Origin: a virus
Virus record (IMG/VR): IMGVR_UViG_3300032053_000049
Location: 1 to 64,000 of that record
Reading direction: 5' to 3' (one strand)
DNA: 64,000 nucleotides
Every line of letters starts with the position of its first letter. The first letter of the stretch is position 1. Under the pieces are notes generated by a model. It made no database searches, had not been told where the DNA came from, and saw only the letters and a list, made by a program, of their open reading frames with translations. The position numbers and the translations under genes are program-made. Of the stretch, positions 18,799 to 29,654 are shown one piece after another.

Positions 18799-21093
18799 TC
18801 ATGGATCATCATGTTTAACATTCGGAAGACCAGCGCCGTCAAGAGTAAAATATATATGTCTGTTATATATTGTTACTAATGATTGTTTTGTTCCTATAGG
18901 ATTATTAGTACCACTAGGATCTATACTAAATGAACCAGTAGATAAATAAATATATTTATCATCATGTCGTAAATCGGCAATTTGTGTGGTAGCAAGTCTT
19001 CCACTATTAGAACTCAATCCCAATTTTGTTACAAATCTACTAGAACTTATTTCGTCGGTCGGCCTCTGTATCATTTCAGGAATGTAAAGTTGTCCTACAC
19101 TAATTATTATACTTCCTGCTGTATCCGTTATAGTTCCAGTAACAGTTAAATCACCAACAATATTAGTGCTTCCAGAAGTGCTACCAGGAATATATGGAAT
19201 TAATGAACTTCCTGATGGATCGAAATTTTGAAGAATATTTAAATCGGAATATACTAGATTATGATTGATATCAAATAATTCTGATTTAATAACAAAAGTT
19301 TCATTTGCTACGCTTATTGACCAAGGAACTCTTGTTGTAAATACATCAGGAGAAAAACCATCATCTCCATATACTCTAAAAGATATATTTTTTAAATATG
19401 GTTTACATTTATAAGGAACAATAACCATCGTTCCATATAAATCATTTTTCGGAGTAAAAAAGAAATATTGTTTATCAAAATTACTTAATATACCCACTTT
19501 ATTAGCAACTATTGTTCCTAATAATATTCCGTGTTTGTTATTATAATTTGAATGAAGAGCAGCCTCAGGAACAGAACTAGTTAAATAAAATTTAAGTGAA
19601 GCATCAACGGAAGTGGATTCTTTTTCTATAGATGTATCCACCTGTAAAATATATTGAACTCCCGATTTCAATTCTAAAAAGTTTGAATCATAAGCAGATC
19701 CAGACGTAGCATTAAATTGATAAGAATTATAAGGCACATAAATGGCATTTCTATTACTACTAACAGAATCATTTTTTACAATAGCATATTCATTTCCATC
19801 CCACATACTGTAAGTTGTGGCAGTTAAATGACATGAATCTATAAAATTACTTGGAGAGTGTGACATTCCTACATATTGACTACTCGTAAACCAATATCTA
19901 CCTATATGTTCATCGTTATAAAATTTTCCTAATAATTCATAAAATTTATTTTGTGTTAAATTATCTCTGAGTAATTCATTTACAAACAAAGGTTCATCCG
20001 AAATTATAGAATAATCTGCATTAGAAACCAAACTTTTACGATATAATTTATGACGAGCAAGAAATCCAGTAAATGTTCTGATATTTCTATAAGTTAGATC
20101 AGCATAAGATTGTTTTACTATAAAAGAAACACCACCTATAGCCGAAGTTTGATAACTTGATGTTTCATTATTATAAGAAATATAAGGATATGTTATATTA
20201 AAATTTGTATCATTAATATTTGTTAGAATTATATTATTTTTTGTATCACTATAATAATAAGGATCTTGAAATTTAGCTGTTTTATTATCCACTATCTCCG
20301 AAATAATAAAAGAAGCCGTTCTTACTGTTGGTATAATATATGCGTTAGAATAAGGAACTTGGATGGTATTAATATATAACGTAACTGTAGATCCAATCAT
20401 TTGAGAATTAAAAGCATCTTTATCATTTACAGGATTTGATGGTATAACTGGATATGTACAAACTAATCTATAATCTACATTTATATTTCTTCGATTTATT
20501 GAAGGTAAAATCGTATCCTTGGGAGGATCTACTGATATACCGTATCCTCCTCCATTAAATACTATAGTTTCTTTTAATGTAGAAGTAACATTACTACTTA
20601 TAACAGGAACCAAAATAGAATCAATTTCTATAGTTGGTCTGGCATAAAAACGAACTTTGGATGAATTTTGAAGAGTTTTATCGATGGTGATGTTTTGCTG
20701 CCATTTTACTGTTCTTCCATCAATTAAAGTTCCAAAACATATTAATTTACCAATACCATCTGACGTATCATTATATACATGAATAGATAAAACAAATGAT
20801 GTTGCCTCTTTATAAGCATATGTTCTAGCCGCTTCATCTGTAACCTTGGCCATTTCAATATAGAGATTATTTCCAGCAGAATCTATACATTCTACAATAA
20901 TCTCTGAACCTGTTTTAAGGAAGGAGGAACCATTTAAGGCAAAAGCGTTTCTACCGGCCGTAAATTTTGGATTGAACTCGCTGATTATAAAATACCGCGA
21001 TAAATACTGAGTATCATTTACATCTGCTCGACGAGTCAATAAACCATAATAAATTCCTTTACGTCCAAAACTATCTAATAAATTCAATGACAT
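18799..21093 (-). CDS. putative virion structural protein
   Basis: 764 aa, beta-rich, Ser/Thr/Tyr-rich; upstream TATTTATA motif. Confidence 0.6.
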   Translation of the reverse strand: MSLNLLDSFGRKGIYYGLLTRRADVNDTQYLSRYFIISEFNPKFTAGRNAFALNGSSFLKTGSEIIVECIDSAGNNLYIEMAKVTDEAARTYAYKEATSFVLSIHVYNDTSDGIGKLICFGTLIDGRTVKWQQNITIDKTLQNSSKVRFYARPTIEIDSILVPVISSNVTSTLKETIVFNGGGYGISVDPPKDTILPSINRRNINVDYRLVCTYPVIPSNPVNDKDAFNSQMIGSTVTLYINTIQVPYSNAYIIPTVRTASFIISEIVDNKTAKFQDPYYYSDTKNNIILTNINDTNFNITYPYISYNNETSSYQTSAIGGVSFIVKQSYADLTYRNIRTFTGFLARHKLYRKSLVSNADYSIISDEPLFVNELLRDNLTQNKFYELLGKFYNDEHIGRYWFTSSQYVGMSHSPSNFIDSCHLTATTYSMWDGNEYAIVKNDSVSSNRNAIYVPYNSYQFNATSGSAYDSNFLELKSGVQYILQVDTSIEKESTSVDASLKFYLTSSVPEAALHSNYNNKHGILLGTIVANKVGILSNFDKQYFFFTPKNDLYGTMVIVPYKCKPYLKNISFRVYGDDGFSPDVFTTRVPWSISVANETFVIKSELFDINHNLVYSDLNILQNFDPSGSSLIPYIPGSTSGSTNIVGDLTVTGTITDTAGSIIISVGQLYIPEMIQRPTDEISSSRFVTKLGLSSNSGRLATTQIADLRHDDKYIYLSTGSFSIDPSGTNNPIGTKQSLVTIYNRHIYFTLDGAGLPNVKHDDP

Positions 21094-21097
21094 ATGT

Positions 21098-21105
21098 TAT
21101 AAATA
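21098..21105 (-). promoter_or_regulatory. TATTTATA motif 4 nt upstream of ATG
   Basis: Direct read of the sequence. Confidence 0.6.
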
Positions 21106-21213
21106 CATATGGTAATATAGTTTTAACTGTTTAAATATGATACAGCAGATTCCATTAAAAGATTACATTTGTGGCATAGAATAATTTATAATTAAGAGAA
21201 ATGTCTAACAAAA

Positions 21214-24200
21214 TTAAATATATTGTATTTTTGAAAATCCATCTTTTTTAGTTATCTCTATATTATCATTAGATATATCCTTAATAGAATCAATATGCGA
21301 CACTATGATAATATAATCGAAAAAAGTTTTCAGATATGAAAAAAATGTACTCATAGATGATAAATTTTCAGCATCTAAAACTCCACATGGTTCATCAAGG
21401 GCAAGAAAATTAGAACGCGGCAAATTACTCAGGCTAATTAGGGCCACACGAATTGCTGTTGATAAAATAAACTGTTCCATCCCACTTCCAAGACTCATAA
21501 GCCATCGTCTTTCATCATATACAATGTAAGGAATGATATTCTTACCATCGACATCAAATTTAGCGTGAAATTCTACAATTTGACTTAAAATACTATTAAC
21601 TTCATTCTCAATGGCTGGTACCGCAGAACAAATAATTTCATAAGGAATTCCGTCTCGGCAAATAGATTGAACATAAAGATCATACGCTTTATATTGTTTT
21701 TCAACTTCTTTAACTTTAGAAATTTTATTTGTTAACTCTTCAATTTTAGAATGTAAAACGGAAGTTTTACCAATAAGAGTTCTAAGTAATTGATTTTGTT
21801 TATTTTCTTCATACGCAACCATAGACCATTTATTTTCTAATATATTACCAATCCTTTTAACTTCTATGTTATTAATAATGGATTCTTTATGATTATTAAA
21901 TTCCACCAATTTCTTTTCAAATGATTCTAATAATATCTTCTTATTATCACGAGTTTTGATAGAATCCTCTTGTCTCTTAGTATATCCTAAATATTTTTCC
22001 TGAATATTCATTCTCTCTTTTAAAAGAAAATTATATGTTTTATTTTCTTCTTCGACCCATTTAATATCATCTATTTTCTTAATTGTGTTATTTTTACGTG
22101 TAACCAATTCTTCTATAATAGGTTTATATGTAATAAGACGTTCATTCGATTTAGTTGCTTCAATAGAAATATTGTCAGCATTTTTTACACAAAATCCACA
22201 ATTAGGATCAAATTGATAATTCTCCAATCGACCTGCCTTTTCTTTAAAAATTTTCGCTTCTGCTACTTTCTGTGATAATTCGATTTCTATTTGATTTTTC
22301 TCAACATTTAATTTTTGGTATTGTTCATACAACTTAAAAATATTCTTATCTTCTATTTTTTTAATTTTATTTCTAATATCAATCATAATATTATCACATT
22401 CCTTCATTTCTTTTTGTAAAGAATCTAAGGTTGATTGATATTGTAAAATTAAATGTTTATTTGATTCGATATCTTCTATAATATCTTTTTCTGATAAATT
22501 AGAAATTCCTTCTATTTTTATTAATTTAGCATTATTTTCAGTTACCAAACGTTGTAATTGTTCCTTTTTATCACATACAATTTTAAAGTTTTCATTCTCA
22601 ATTTTAAAAAGCAATTCTACTTGAGATAAAGCATCAGAATTTGTTTTTAAATCTTCCTCAAAATCTTCATTTTTATACACACGAAGAATGGAAATAATTT
22701 CATTCAATTTAGAATTGGCTTCTTCATGAAGAATATCAAAAACATTAAGACCTAAAAATTGTGCCAGTAAATCTTTTCGTCCTGAATCTCCAATATCAAT
22801 AAATGAAGTTTCATATTTACCAGATCGTTGAACACTTAAACTGGTTAAAAGAAAATCTTCATAAGTGCCTACATAATTACGTATGGTAGAATTAGTATCT
22901 ACTCTCTCCACTCCGGTAAGATTTTCTTCAACTCCATTTATCATTCTCCAAAATTTAACGTTAACCTTAACGTTGCCTTTTTTATCCATTTTACCAACTC
23001 TTTCGATGAAATAATGGATTTCGTTAATGTTAATCTCCAATTGTGCTCGACAACTCATTTTTTGATCATTGATAATATTATTGGTTTTAAAATCTCGTTC
23101 ACATTTATCAAAAATACACCACGATAAAGAACTCATAATACTACTTTTTCCTAAAGCATTTTTACCAAATATACCAACTAATCCATTCATTTTTGTAAAA
23201 TCTATTATATTATTTTCTCCATAACTAAATAAATTATCCCATTCAAATTTAATAGGATTCCAACGAATATTTTTTGCTATATTATCGGTTTTTACTTCGT
23301 CATTAGTCTTATTATTAATATCAATTACTGTTTTAATCAATTCTTCATCTTTAATACCAAGTTTATTATTAAGATATTCTGTAATAAGTTTAATTTGATG
23401 TTCTTTATTTTTTATATCACCACGAATTAAATTTTCAGTTAAAGTTGTTTGTCTTTTTTCTTCATCCTTAACATTTTCTCTCGTATAAGTCGGTGGTTCT
23501 ACAAATTCTGTAATTTCTTTTAATTTCTTTAAAACCTCTTTTGTTTCGGTTGGTAAAGTCTCATATAAAGATAATCTGATTCTTGATTTCTTGGGTATAT
23601 CAGAAAGATCAGTTTTAATCTTTCCTTCATCAACTTTAATCGTAAAATAACCATAATCATTTGGTATTTCTATGTGTTGATATGATTTTTCTTTAAGATT
23701 CCATAATGTATAACCATGTCCTTTTAAAGATTCTCCGTGATTTTGTTGGCATAAAGAGCCACAATATCGAATATATGGTTTATTTTGATCAAAATCATAT
23801 TCTTGAAGAGTCTGTTGGAGGTGTATATCGCCAAGCATGCAAATTTCGTGTCCATCAAACATTGAAAGAGGCATTGATTTATCAGATATTTTAAATCCTA
23901 AATCTGTAATTGCACCATCAACTTGTCCGTGATATAAACAAATAAAATATTCATATTGATTTCTATAAATTGATGGTATATCTTTACCTTTCAAATATTT
24001 CTCCGATTCATCAAATATACTATAATTATTTATACAAATATTACCTAATCCATATAAACCACTTTCTTTTAAATAAAATAAATTTGGATGATTAATTGCC
24101 TCAACAATTGGACTTAATGGATCTAATCTATGTTTATTGGCTAAATTTAAGTCGTGATTACCAGCAATTAAAATTGTAGGTCTTAAATCTGATAAACAAC

Positions 24201-24432
24201 ATAAAAACTCTTTTGCTAATTGAATACATTCCGCGGTTAAATCTAATTTTGAGTGAAATAAATCTCCACAAAAACAAATTAACGTTTCTTTCGGAGTTTC
24301 TTTTACTAAATAAAATAATCTTTGAAATACTTCACGAAATTCATCGTGACGTTTTAAAAGCCTAATATGGCAATCCGCAATTTGAATAACAAAATCTATA
24401 TTTTTAATTTTTGTATCTAATATCTTTATCAT
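21214..24432 (-). CDS. Mre11-Rad50 (SbcD-SbcC, T4 gp47-gp46) fusion recombination nuclease/ATPase
   Basis: Phosphoesterase motifs ADCH, GDLFH, GNHD, YHG, GDIH; Walker A GKNALGKSS; coiled coil with Zn hook CGFC; signature GSGME; Walker B LALDEP; VSH. Confidence 0.93.
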   Translation of the reverse strand: MIKILDTKIKNIDFVIQIADCHIRLLKRHDEFREVFQRLFYLVKETPKETLICFCGDLFHSKLDLTAECIQLAKEFLCCLSDLRPTILIAGNHDLNLANKHRLDPLSPIVEAINHPNLFYLKESGLYGLGNICINNYSIFDESEKYLKGKDIPSIYRNQYEYFICLYHGQVDGAITDLGFKISDKSMPLSMFDGHEICMLGDIHLQQTLQEYDFDQNKPYIRYCGSLCQQNHGESLKGHGYTLWNLKEKSYQHIEIPNDYGYFTIKVDEGKIKTDLSDIPKKSRIRLSLYETLPTETKEVLKKLKEITEFVEPPTYTRENVKDEEKRQTTLTENLIRGDIKNKEHQIKLITEYLNNKLGIKDEELIKTVIDINNKTNDEVKTDNIAKNIRWNPIKFEWDNLFSYGENNIIDFTKMNGLVGIFGKNALGKSSIMSSLSWCIFDKCERDFKTNNIINDQKMSCRAQLEININEIHYFIERVGKMDKKGNVKVNVKFWRMINGVEENLTGVERVDTNSTIRNYVGTYEDFLLTSLSVQRSGKYETSFIDIGDSGRKDLLAQFLGLNVFDILHEEANSKLNEIISILRVYKNEDFEEDLKTNSDALSQVELLFKIENENFKIVCDKKEQLQRLVTENNAKLIKIEGISNLSEKDIIEDIESNKHLILQYQSTLDSLQKEMKECDNIMIDIRNKIKKIEDKNIFKLYEQYQKLNVEKNQIEIELSQKVAEAKIFKEKAGRLENYQFDPNCGFCVKNADNISIEATKSNERLITYKPIIEELVTRKNNTIKKIDDIKWVEEENKTYNFLLKERMNIQEKYLGYTKRQEDSIKTRDNKKILLESFEKKLVEFNNHKESIINNIEVKRIGNILENKWSMVAYEENKQNQLLRTLIGKTSVLHSKIEELTNKISKVKEVEKQYKAYDLYVQSICRDGIPYEIICSAVPAIENEVNSILSQIVEFHAKFDVDGKNIIPYIVYDERRWLMSLGSGMEQFILSTAIRVALISLSNLPRSNFLALDEPCGVLDAENLSSMSTFFSYLKTFFDYIIIVSHIDSIKDISNDNIEITKKDGFSKIQYI

Positions 24433-24445
24433 AACTTATTTTGTT

Positions 24446-25414
24446 TTATTCTATAAAATTTACACCTGAATTATAATCAATCATAATATTTTTTTTCTCT
24501 TCCAACAAAATAAAATTACATTTAAGATAATTTTTTATTTCATTTGTTCTATTTAAATCTTTTTTCTTTATATTTCCATCTTTATCATAATGGTGATGAT
24601 TATTTTCAAAATATTCTATTACTATATTTTTTTCTTTATCATAACCATCAACCCAATAACCTAATTCCTTAATATAATATTCTCCGCCATTCATTGCATG
24701 CTGAAAATTATATCCATTTTTCTTTCCATATTCATCTATCAACTTACAAGCATTTATATTAAAATTAGGTTTTAATTGATGTCCACCATTTTTAATTTTT
24801 TCTACTCTTTTTATATGAGATAATCTAACTTTTCTTTTGTGTTCTTCAGATAATGGTTTATGATTTCCATAATTTGGATTTTTTTCTCCGTTCCAACGGC
24901 CAGTTCTAATGGCTAATATTTTCATTTTTTTAATAGTTTCGTCTGAATAAGGATTTTTTTTCCCTTTATTCCAGGCATCTAATCCATAGGTTGGACTTAA
25001 TGAACCAGACATTCCATACATTGGATGTAAAGAACCAATCCTTCCATAACAAGGATTATTTTCTCCTTTATTCTTTTCAGAAAGTTTTTTTCTTGTTTCA
25101 TTAGATGGGTGTCTTCCTAGCATTCTTTCTCTTTGTTTTTGCTTTTGATCTTCAGATATTTTTTGTCCTTTATGACAAAGAGATGAAGCACACGATTTAC
25201 AAATATAAGGTTCTTTTGATTCTTTATAATATCTGTAATTTAAAAATGTGTGAATATATCCACATTTAATACATTTTTTATCCAACGTTCCTTTATATCC
25301 CCTTCGCCTTGACGCACAGGCCCTACAGGTTCTATTATACTTGATACTTTCATTATATTGACCAACAGATTTATATTCTATTACTTTATTACATTGTGGG
25401 CATATCTTTATCAT
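24446..25414 (-). CDS. free-standing homing endonuclease (Zn ribbons + NUMOD3 + Vsr/PD-(D/E)XK-like)
   Basis: CPQC, CRAC, NUMOD3 repeats, ELGYWVDGYDKEKNIVIEY; paralogue of 49561..50517. Confidence 0.8.
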   Translation of the reverse strand: MIKICPQCNKVIEYKSVGQYNESIKYNRTCRACASRRRGYKGTLDKKCIKCGYIHTFLNYRYYKESKEPYICKSCASSLCHKGQKISEDQKQKQRERMLGRHPSNETRKKLSEKNKGENNPCYGRIGSLHPMYGMSGSLSPTYGLDAWNKGKKNPYSDETIKKMKILAIRTGRWNGEKNPNYGNHKPLSEEHKRKVRLSHIKRVEKIKNGGHQLKPNFNINACKLIDEYGKKNGYNFQHAMNGGEYYIKELGYWVDGYDKEKNIVIEYFENNHHHYDKDGNIKKKDLNRTNEIKNYLKCNFILLEEKKNIMIDYNSGVNFIE

Positions 25415-25446
25415 ATATCTAATTATCCTTCAACAATAAATATAAA

Positions 25447-26391
25447 TCATTTACAATTTATTCTCATTTTTTCTTTAATTATAAAGGAAAAATCTACTTT
25501 TTTAGCATCTTTTATCAACTTATTCATTTCTATAAACCCAATTTCATTCGGATCTTTTTTTGTTAATTTTACAAATTTTATATTATTTAATCCCAATTTT
25601 AAAAATTCTTCACAAATACGAATAGAATCTCTTTCAGCATCTTTATCTAAACAAACATTAACAGAAACATTAGTTTGTATTAAACGTTCTAATAAAGAAT
25701 CTGATATGGTTTTTCCAAATAAAGGAATAGAATTATTTCTTATAGTTATCGCATTAAATGGAGATTCTACAATAGTCACCGGTTCATTCCAATTTATAAA
25801 AACCTCAAAACCAACAATATCTTTTGTCCAAGGAGAAAGCATATATTTAAACGGTGATTCTCCAGAAAAATCTCGTGCTGAGAAAAAATTTAAATTTCCA
25901 TCTTTATCGTAAGAAGGAATTATAATACGTTTAGCATATTCTCCCCATTCACAATAACCGATATTATATCTTATAACGTCATTTTTTGTAACCCCCCGTT
26001 CATTTAGATAATACCAAGCATTTCCATATAAAAATGAATCGGATTTACATATCATTGATTTGAATTCTTTTGGAAGAACGTGAATTTCTTCAGGTTGAAA
26101 CTCTTTTTTTTCACGATAAACGTTTCCAATTATCGAAAATAATTCTTCTATATACTGTTTTGGGGCATGAAGTTTAAAAAATAAACTTTTTAAAGTGGTA
26201 CCTCGAGCATGACAAATCCAACAATGATAAGATCCAAAGTCTACACCATCAAGACAAATTTCAAGTTTAGGAACCTTTTTCTGTTCAAAACAAAAAGGAC
26301 AATGTACCATAGCTTGAACATAATTACGAAGCTTTACATTTTGATTCAATACTCTACTAAGTAAAGAAACAAGTTTTTCCTGTTGTAGCAT
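25447..26391 (-). CDS. DNA primase (Zn finger + TOPRIM)
   Basis: HCPFC...HCWIC, YLNERG, RIIIPSYD, IVESPFNA, LFGK, CLDKDA, KDPNE. Confidence 0.88.
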   Translation of the reverse strand: MLQQEKLVSLLSRVLNQNVKLRNYVQAMVHCPFCFEQKKVPKLEICLDGVDFGSYHCWICHARGTTLKSLFFKLHAPKQYIEELFSIIGNVYREKKEFQPEEIHVLPKEFKSMICKSDSFLYGNAWYYLNERGVTKNDVIRYNIGYCEWGEYAKRIIIPSYDKDGNLNFFSARDFSGESPFKYMLSPWTKDIVGFEVFINWNEPVTIVESPFNAITIRNNSIPLFGKTISDSLLERLIQTNVSVNVCLDKDAERDSIRICEEFLKLGLNNIKFVKLTKKDPNEIGFIEMNKLIKDAKKVDFSFIIKEKMRINCK

Positions 26392-26443
26392 TATGGAGGT
26401 ACAATATCAGAATTGATAGAAGAGTCAATTTTTTATAGGTTAT

Positions 26444-27592
26444 TTATGCAAAACTGGATGATCGCCATGAAGTTCCGTTATAAACATATAATAAATTACT
26501 CGAACTATCAAAAGTCATTAAACCTTTTGTCGGGGTTAATACAGGAGAACCACTAATAACAGGAATAACCATTGTATTAGGAGCATATATTGAAGCAGTA
26601 ATAACACTACAGGAGATATTACCATAAATATCCAGTATATTTACCGCTGTTGTTCCACCGATAGTTACTTTAACAGCATCTGCACCACCAGCAGCACCAC
26701 CTATAACGCAGGTATTACTACTAGAAACTTTTGCGTTATAACCAATTGCAATACTTCTTTCAACATTAAGATTTGCATTCAATGTATCAGCATATGAACC
26801 AACGAAGGTGGTATAACTTCCGGTTTTTGCCTGATTTCCAGCAAATGATCCAACTTGAGTTGCATTAGTTGCATTAGTTGAATATTGCCCAGTAAATGCT
26901 CCAACTTGCACAGCATTGGTTGCTGTAGTTGAACCGCCGCCGACTGAATTTCCAATTTGAACGGCGTCAGTTGCATCAACGGCATTTTGTCCAGCAGATA
27001 CTCCAATTTGAACTGCGTTGCTCGCAGTAGATGTATTAGCTCCTGCAAGTGCGCCCACTTGAACAGCATAATTAGCAATTGTTGTGTTTACTCCTGCCTG
27101 TATTCCTATTTGAACAGCGTTACTTGCCGTAGCAGAGTTATTTCCTGCTCCCCATCCAACTTGAACGGCTCCATCAGTCTTTTTGTTAGTAGTTGGCGGT
27201 GCATCGCCCGTTCCAATTTGCACCGTGTTTGTAGAAGTCACTCCCTCACTCATACCACCAATTGACGCTCCATCACGAACTATGAGAGTTACTGCATAAG
27301 AGGAAGATGATGCTAATATTGCGGAAGAAGCCCACGATGAAGATATAGAAAACGAAGATGTTCGTGAAAACGATGAAGTTATAGCAAACGAAGATGTGCC
27401 TGCTAAAGATGCGGTTTCTGCATATGAAGATGACGTTTCATAAATAATTTCGTAAGAAGCAGATATTGCTTGAGATGCTGTAATATTGACATTGATAACT
27501 GCTGAACCAGTTCCATTATATAGATAACCATCCTCGATAGTCACCAAAAATGGATATGTGTCTATTGGTCTTTTTCCTCTTAAATCTTTCAT
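26444..27592 (-). CDS. tail fibre/spike with YadA-head-like beta-roll repeats
   Basis: Ser-rich stalk (SSSYAETAS); 7 x 17-aa A(V/T)Q(I/V)G..(A)G repeats; C-terminal G.MTFDSSSNLLYVYNGTSW fibre motif. Confidence 0.75.
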   Translation of the reverse strand: MKDLRGKRPIDTYPFLVTIEDGYLYNGTGSAVINVNITASQAISASYEIIYETSSSYAETASLAGTSSFAITSSFSRTSSFSISSSWASSAILASSSSYAVTLIVRDGASIGGMSEGVTSTNTVQIGTGDAPPTTNKKTDGAVQVGWGAGNNSATASNAVQIGIQAGVNTTIANYAVQVGALAGANTSTASNAVQIGVSAGQNAVDATDAVQIGNSVGGGSTTATNAVQVGAFTGQYSTNATNATQVGSFAGNQAKTGSYTTFVGSYADTLNANLNVERSIAIGYNAKVSSSNTCVIGGAAGGADAVKVTIGGTTAVNILDIYGNISCSVITASIYAPNTMVIPVISGSPVLTPTKGLMTFDSSSNLLYVYNGTSWRSSSFA

Positions 27593-27598
27593 ATATGG

Positions 27599-27606
27599 TA
27601 TAAATA
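27599..27606 (-). promoter_or_regulatory. TATTTATA motif 6 nt upstream of ATG
   Basis: Direct read of the sequence. Confidence 0.6.
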
Positions 27607-27656
27607 GTAAGAAGGAAGACTTAATTTAGTTTCTTATTACAAACTCTCTAAGATTA

Positions 27657-28061
27657 TTATTTTCTATTTCTTATCCTAATATTAACGATTTCATTATAAT
27701 AATTAACATCAAAAATAGCGTTTTTATCTATTATCTCCTTGGTTTCAAAATACGATAATAACATCTTAGATGGTTGGAACGATAAGATTTCAAAGGAAAA
27801 ATTCTCTTTACCAAATTTGATTATGTCTTTATTAAGTTTATTACTACTTCCACAGTATATTTTCCAGTCACTCTCAATTAGATAACGTCGAGCATTTATC
27901 CTACCTTTTAAAGGTTTTCTTTTCTTTTTGTTTTGAAGAAGCTTTTTCCCTATATATTTTTTATCAATCAAAGTATTGGTTATTAAATAAATAAACCCAA
28001 TCGAGTCGATTGGGATTTCTTGTGAGTTATTTGGATGTAATTTCCAATGTCCAAAATTCAT
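27657..28061 (-). CDS. small GIY-YIG domain protein
   Basis: GFIYLITN...KKYIGKK...ESDWKIYCGSS...FSFEIL...YYNE. Confidence 0.8.
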   Translation of the reverse strand: MNFGHWKLHPNNSQEIPIDSIGFIYLITNTLIDKKYIGKKLLQNKKKRKPLKGRINARRYLIESDWKIYCGSSNKLNKDIIKFGKENFSFEILSFQPSKMLLSYFETKEIIDKNAIFDVNYYNEIVNIRIRNRK

Positions 28062-28079
28062 AACTTATTTTTAAATCAA

Positions 28080-28358
28080 TTATGGTTTATATTTTCGGTT
28101 ACTCAAACCTTGAGAATCTACAAAATTTAATGCTTTAGCTTTAAATTCGGTAAGAAGAAAAGCCATCTTGGTTTTAAATCCAGAAGGCGTCCATTCGGAT
28201 GATTGATAACTCGAATTACCAGCTTTTGATAAGGATGAATGCTTGCCAGAGGTTTCAATATCTTTAGCATCAAAAGCTCCACCAACGCGTTGAGTTTTAT
28301 AACGACCTTCCAATGTTGTTTCTAATGAATCTCTTTCAATTGATGTTTGTGCGGGCAT
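28080..28358 (-). CDS. hypothetical protein
   Basis: 92-aa ORF with an upstream TATTTATA motif. Confidence 0.7.
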   Translation of the reverse strand: MPAQTSIERDSLETTLEGRYKTQRVGGAFDAKDIETSGKHSSLSKAGNSSYQSSEWTPSGFKTKMAFLLTEFKAKALNFVDSQGLSNRKYKP

Positions 28359-28379
28359 ATGTTTATCTTTCTATTTATC

Positions 28380-28387
28380 TATAAATA
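28380..28387 (-). promoter_or_regulatory. TATTTATA motif upstream of 28358
   Basis: Direct read; immediately after the HEG stop. Confidence 0.55.
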
Positions 28388-28390
28388 GTA

Positions 28391-29533
28391 TCAAAAACTA
28401 ATAATCTTTGGAATATTTACTTTCCCATCTTTATATTCTTTCCAATTGGATTCCCAAATGTATTTTATATCATAACCAACATTTTTTAATTTCAAAAATT
28501 TTTCTACAGTTTCATTATATAATTTTCCAAAGGTCTTTTTACAACGTTTATTCAAATCATCTTTATTATATTTCCAAGGATTTCCGTGCCAATAATCTCC
28601 AAGAAATTCATATATTGTATTTGTTTTTGGATCTAAACCATCAACCTTTTTTTGAGATATACAAATTTGTCTATTGACATTATCAATTCCAATATAATCT
28701 AAAAATTCCATTTCTGGTTTAGAAATTCTATAACAAGAACATTTAGGACAACCAAACCCATACCAATGGCTACTAGGTTTTTGTGAAAATTCTCCGTGAG
28801 TTGGACAAAGTATAATAACATTAGTATTACTGTTTATATATACAACTCTACTATAATCATACTTTCTACCATGTATTAATCTTGATTTTTTAATAAAAAT
28901 TTCATAATCAAAATTATAACGGCCATAACATATTGAACACCCTTGTCCATTTAAATGTGCATTTGGTTGTTGAAAAAATGGCCCGTGATTTGGACATATT
29001 ATTTCAATTTTTTTATTGCTTTTCTCATAAATCACTTTACTATAATCATACTTTCTACCATGTATTAATCTTGATTTTTTTATGAAATCATTTGTATTAC
29101 TTTGAATATTATTTTTTATATAATTGTTAGTTCTTAATCTAGCACAAACCGGACATCCCGCACCATTTAAATGATTATTTGGTGTTTGAGGAAACATCCC
29201 ATGTAATTTACAAATTATTTTCACATTATTTTTATTACCCAAATAATTAACTAAAGAATAATCGTATTTATTTCCATGAATTTTAATTGATTTTTCTATA
29301 AACTCCTTTTTGGTAGATAGTTGTTTTTTTATTTTTTCAATTTTCCCACAATTTGGACAGTTATGGAAACGCAAATGACTATTTGGTAATTGTAAAAATG
29401 TTCCGTGTATGGGACATATTATAATTATATATTTATTACTTTTTTCATAAATAACACCGGAATAATCATACTTATCACTATGTATTTTCTTAGCTTTTTC
29501 TATAAATTGTTCAGTTGTTAATTTTCTTGGCAT
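28391..29533 (-). CDS. homing endonuclease-like protein with four DUF723-type Zn repeats and a C-terminal Vsr-like nuclease
   Basis: 4 x H(G/S).KYDYS.V.Y...I(I/L)C..HG.F.Q.P..H...C..C; VDGLDPKTNTIYEFLGDYWHGNP; paralogue of 59306..60253. Confidence 0.82.
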   Translation of the reverse strand: MPRKLTTEQFIEKAKKIHSDKYDYSGVIYEKSNKYIIIICPIHGTFLQLPNSHLRFHNCPNCGKIEKIKKQLSTKKEFIEKSIKIHGNKYDYSLVNYLGNKNNVKIICKLHGMFPQTPNNHLNGAGCPVCARLRTNNYIKNNIQSNTNDFIKKSRLIHGRKYDYSKVIYEKSNKKIEIICPNHGPFFQQPNAHLNGQGCSICYGRYNFDYEIFIKKSRLIHGRKYDYSRVVYINSNTNVIILCPTHGEFSQKPSSHWYGFGCPKCSCYRISKPEMEFLDYIGIDNVNRQICISQKKVDGLDPKTNTIYEFLGDYWHGNPWKYNKDDLNKRCKKTFGKLYNETVEKFLKLKNVGYDIKYIWESNWKEYKDGKVNIPKIISF

Positions 29534-29654
29534 AATATCTTTCTAAATTTTTCTTTCTAATTTTCTTAGCATTTTTCCAGTAATACCGCATATATTTGTC
29601 TTTATTGGCCTGTTGTTTTTCTTCGTTGGTGATATATTTTTTCTTTCTTCCCAT
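29511..29654 (-). CDS. small basic ORF (47 aa) preceding the HEG
   Basis: Hand-translated MGRKKKYITNEEKQQANKDKYMRYYWKNAKKIRKKNLERYYAKKINN; TATTTATT motif 3 nt upstream; overlaps the HEG start. Confidence 0.6.
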   Translation of the reverse strand: MGRKKKYITNEEKQQANKDKYMRYYWKNAKKIRKKNLERYYAKKINN

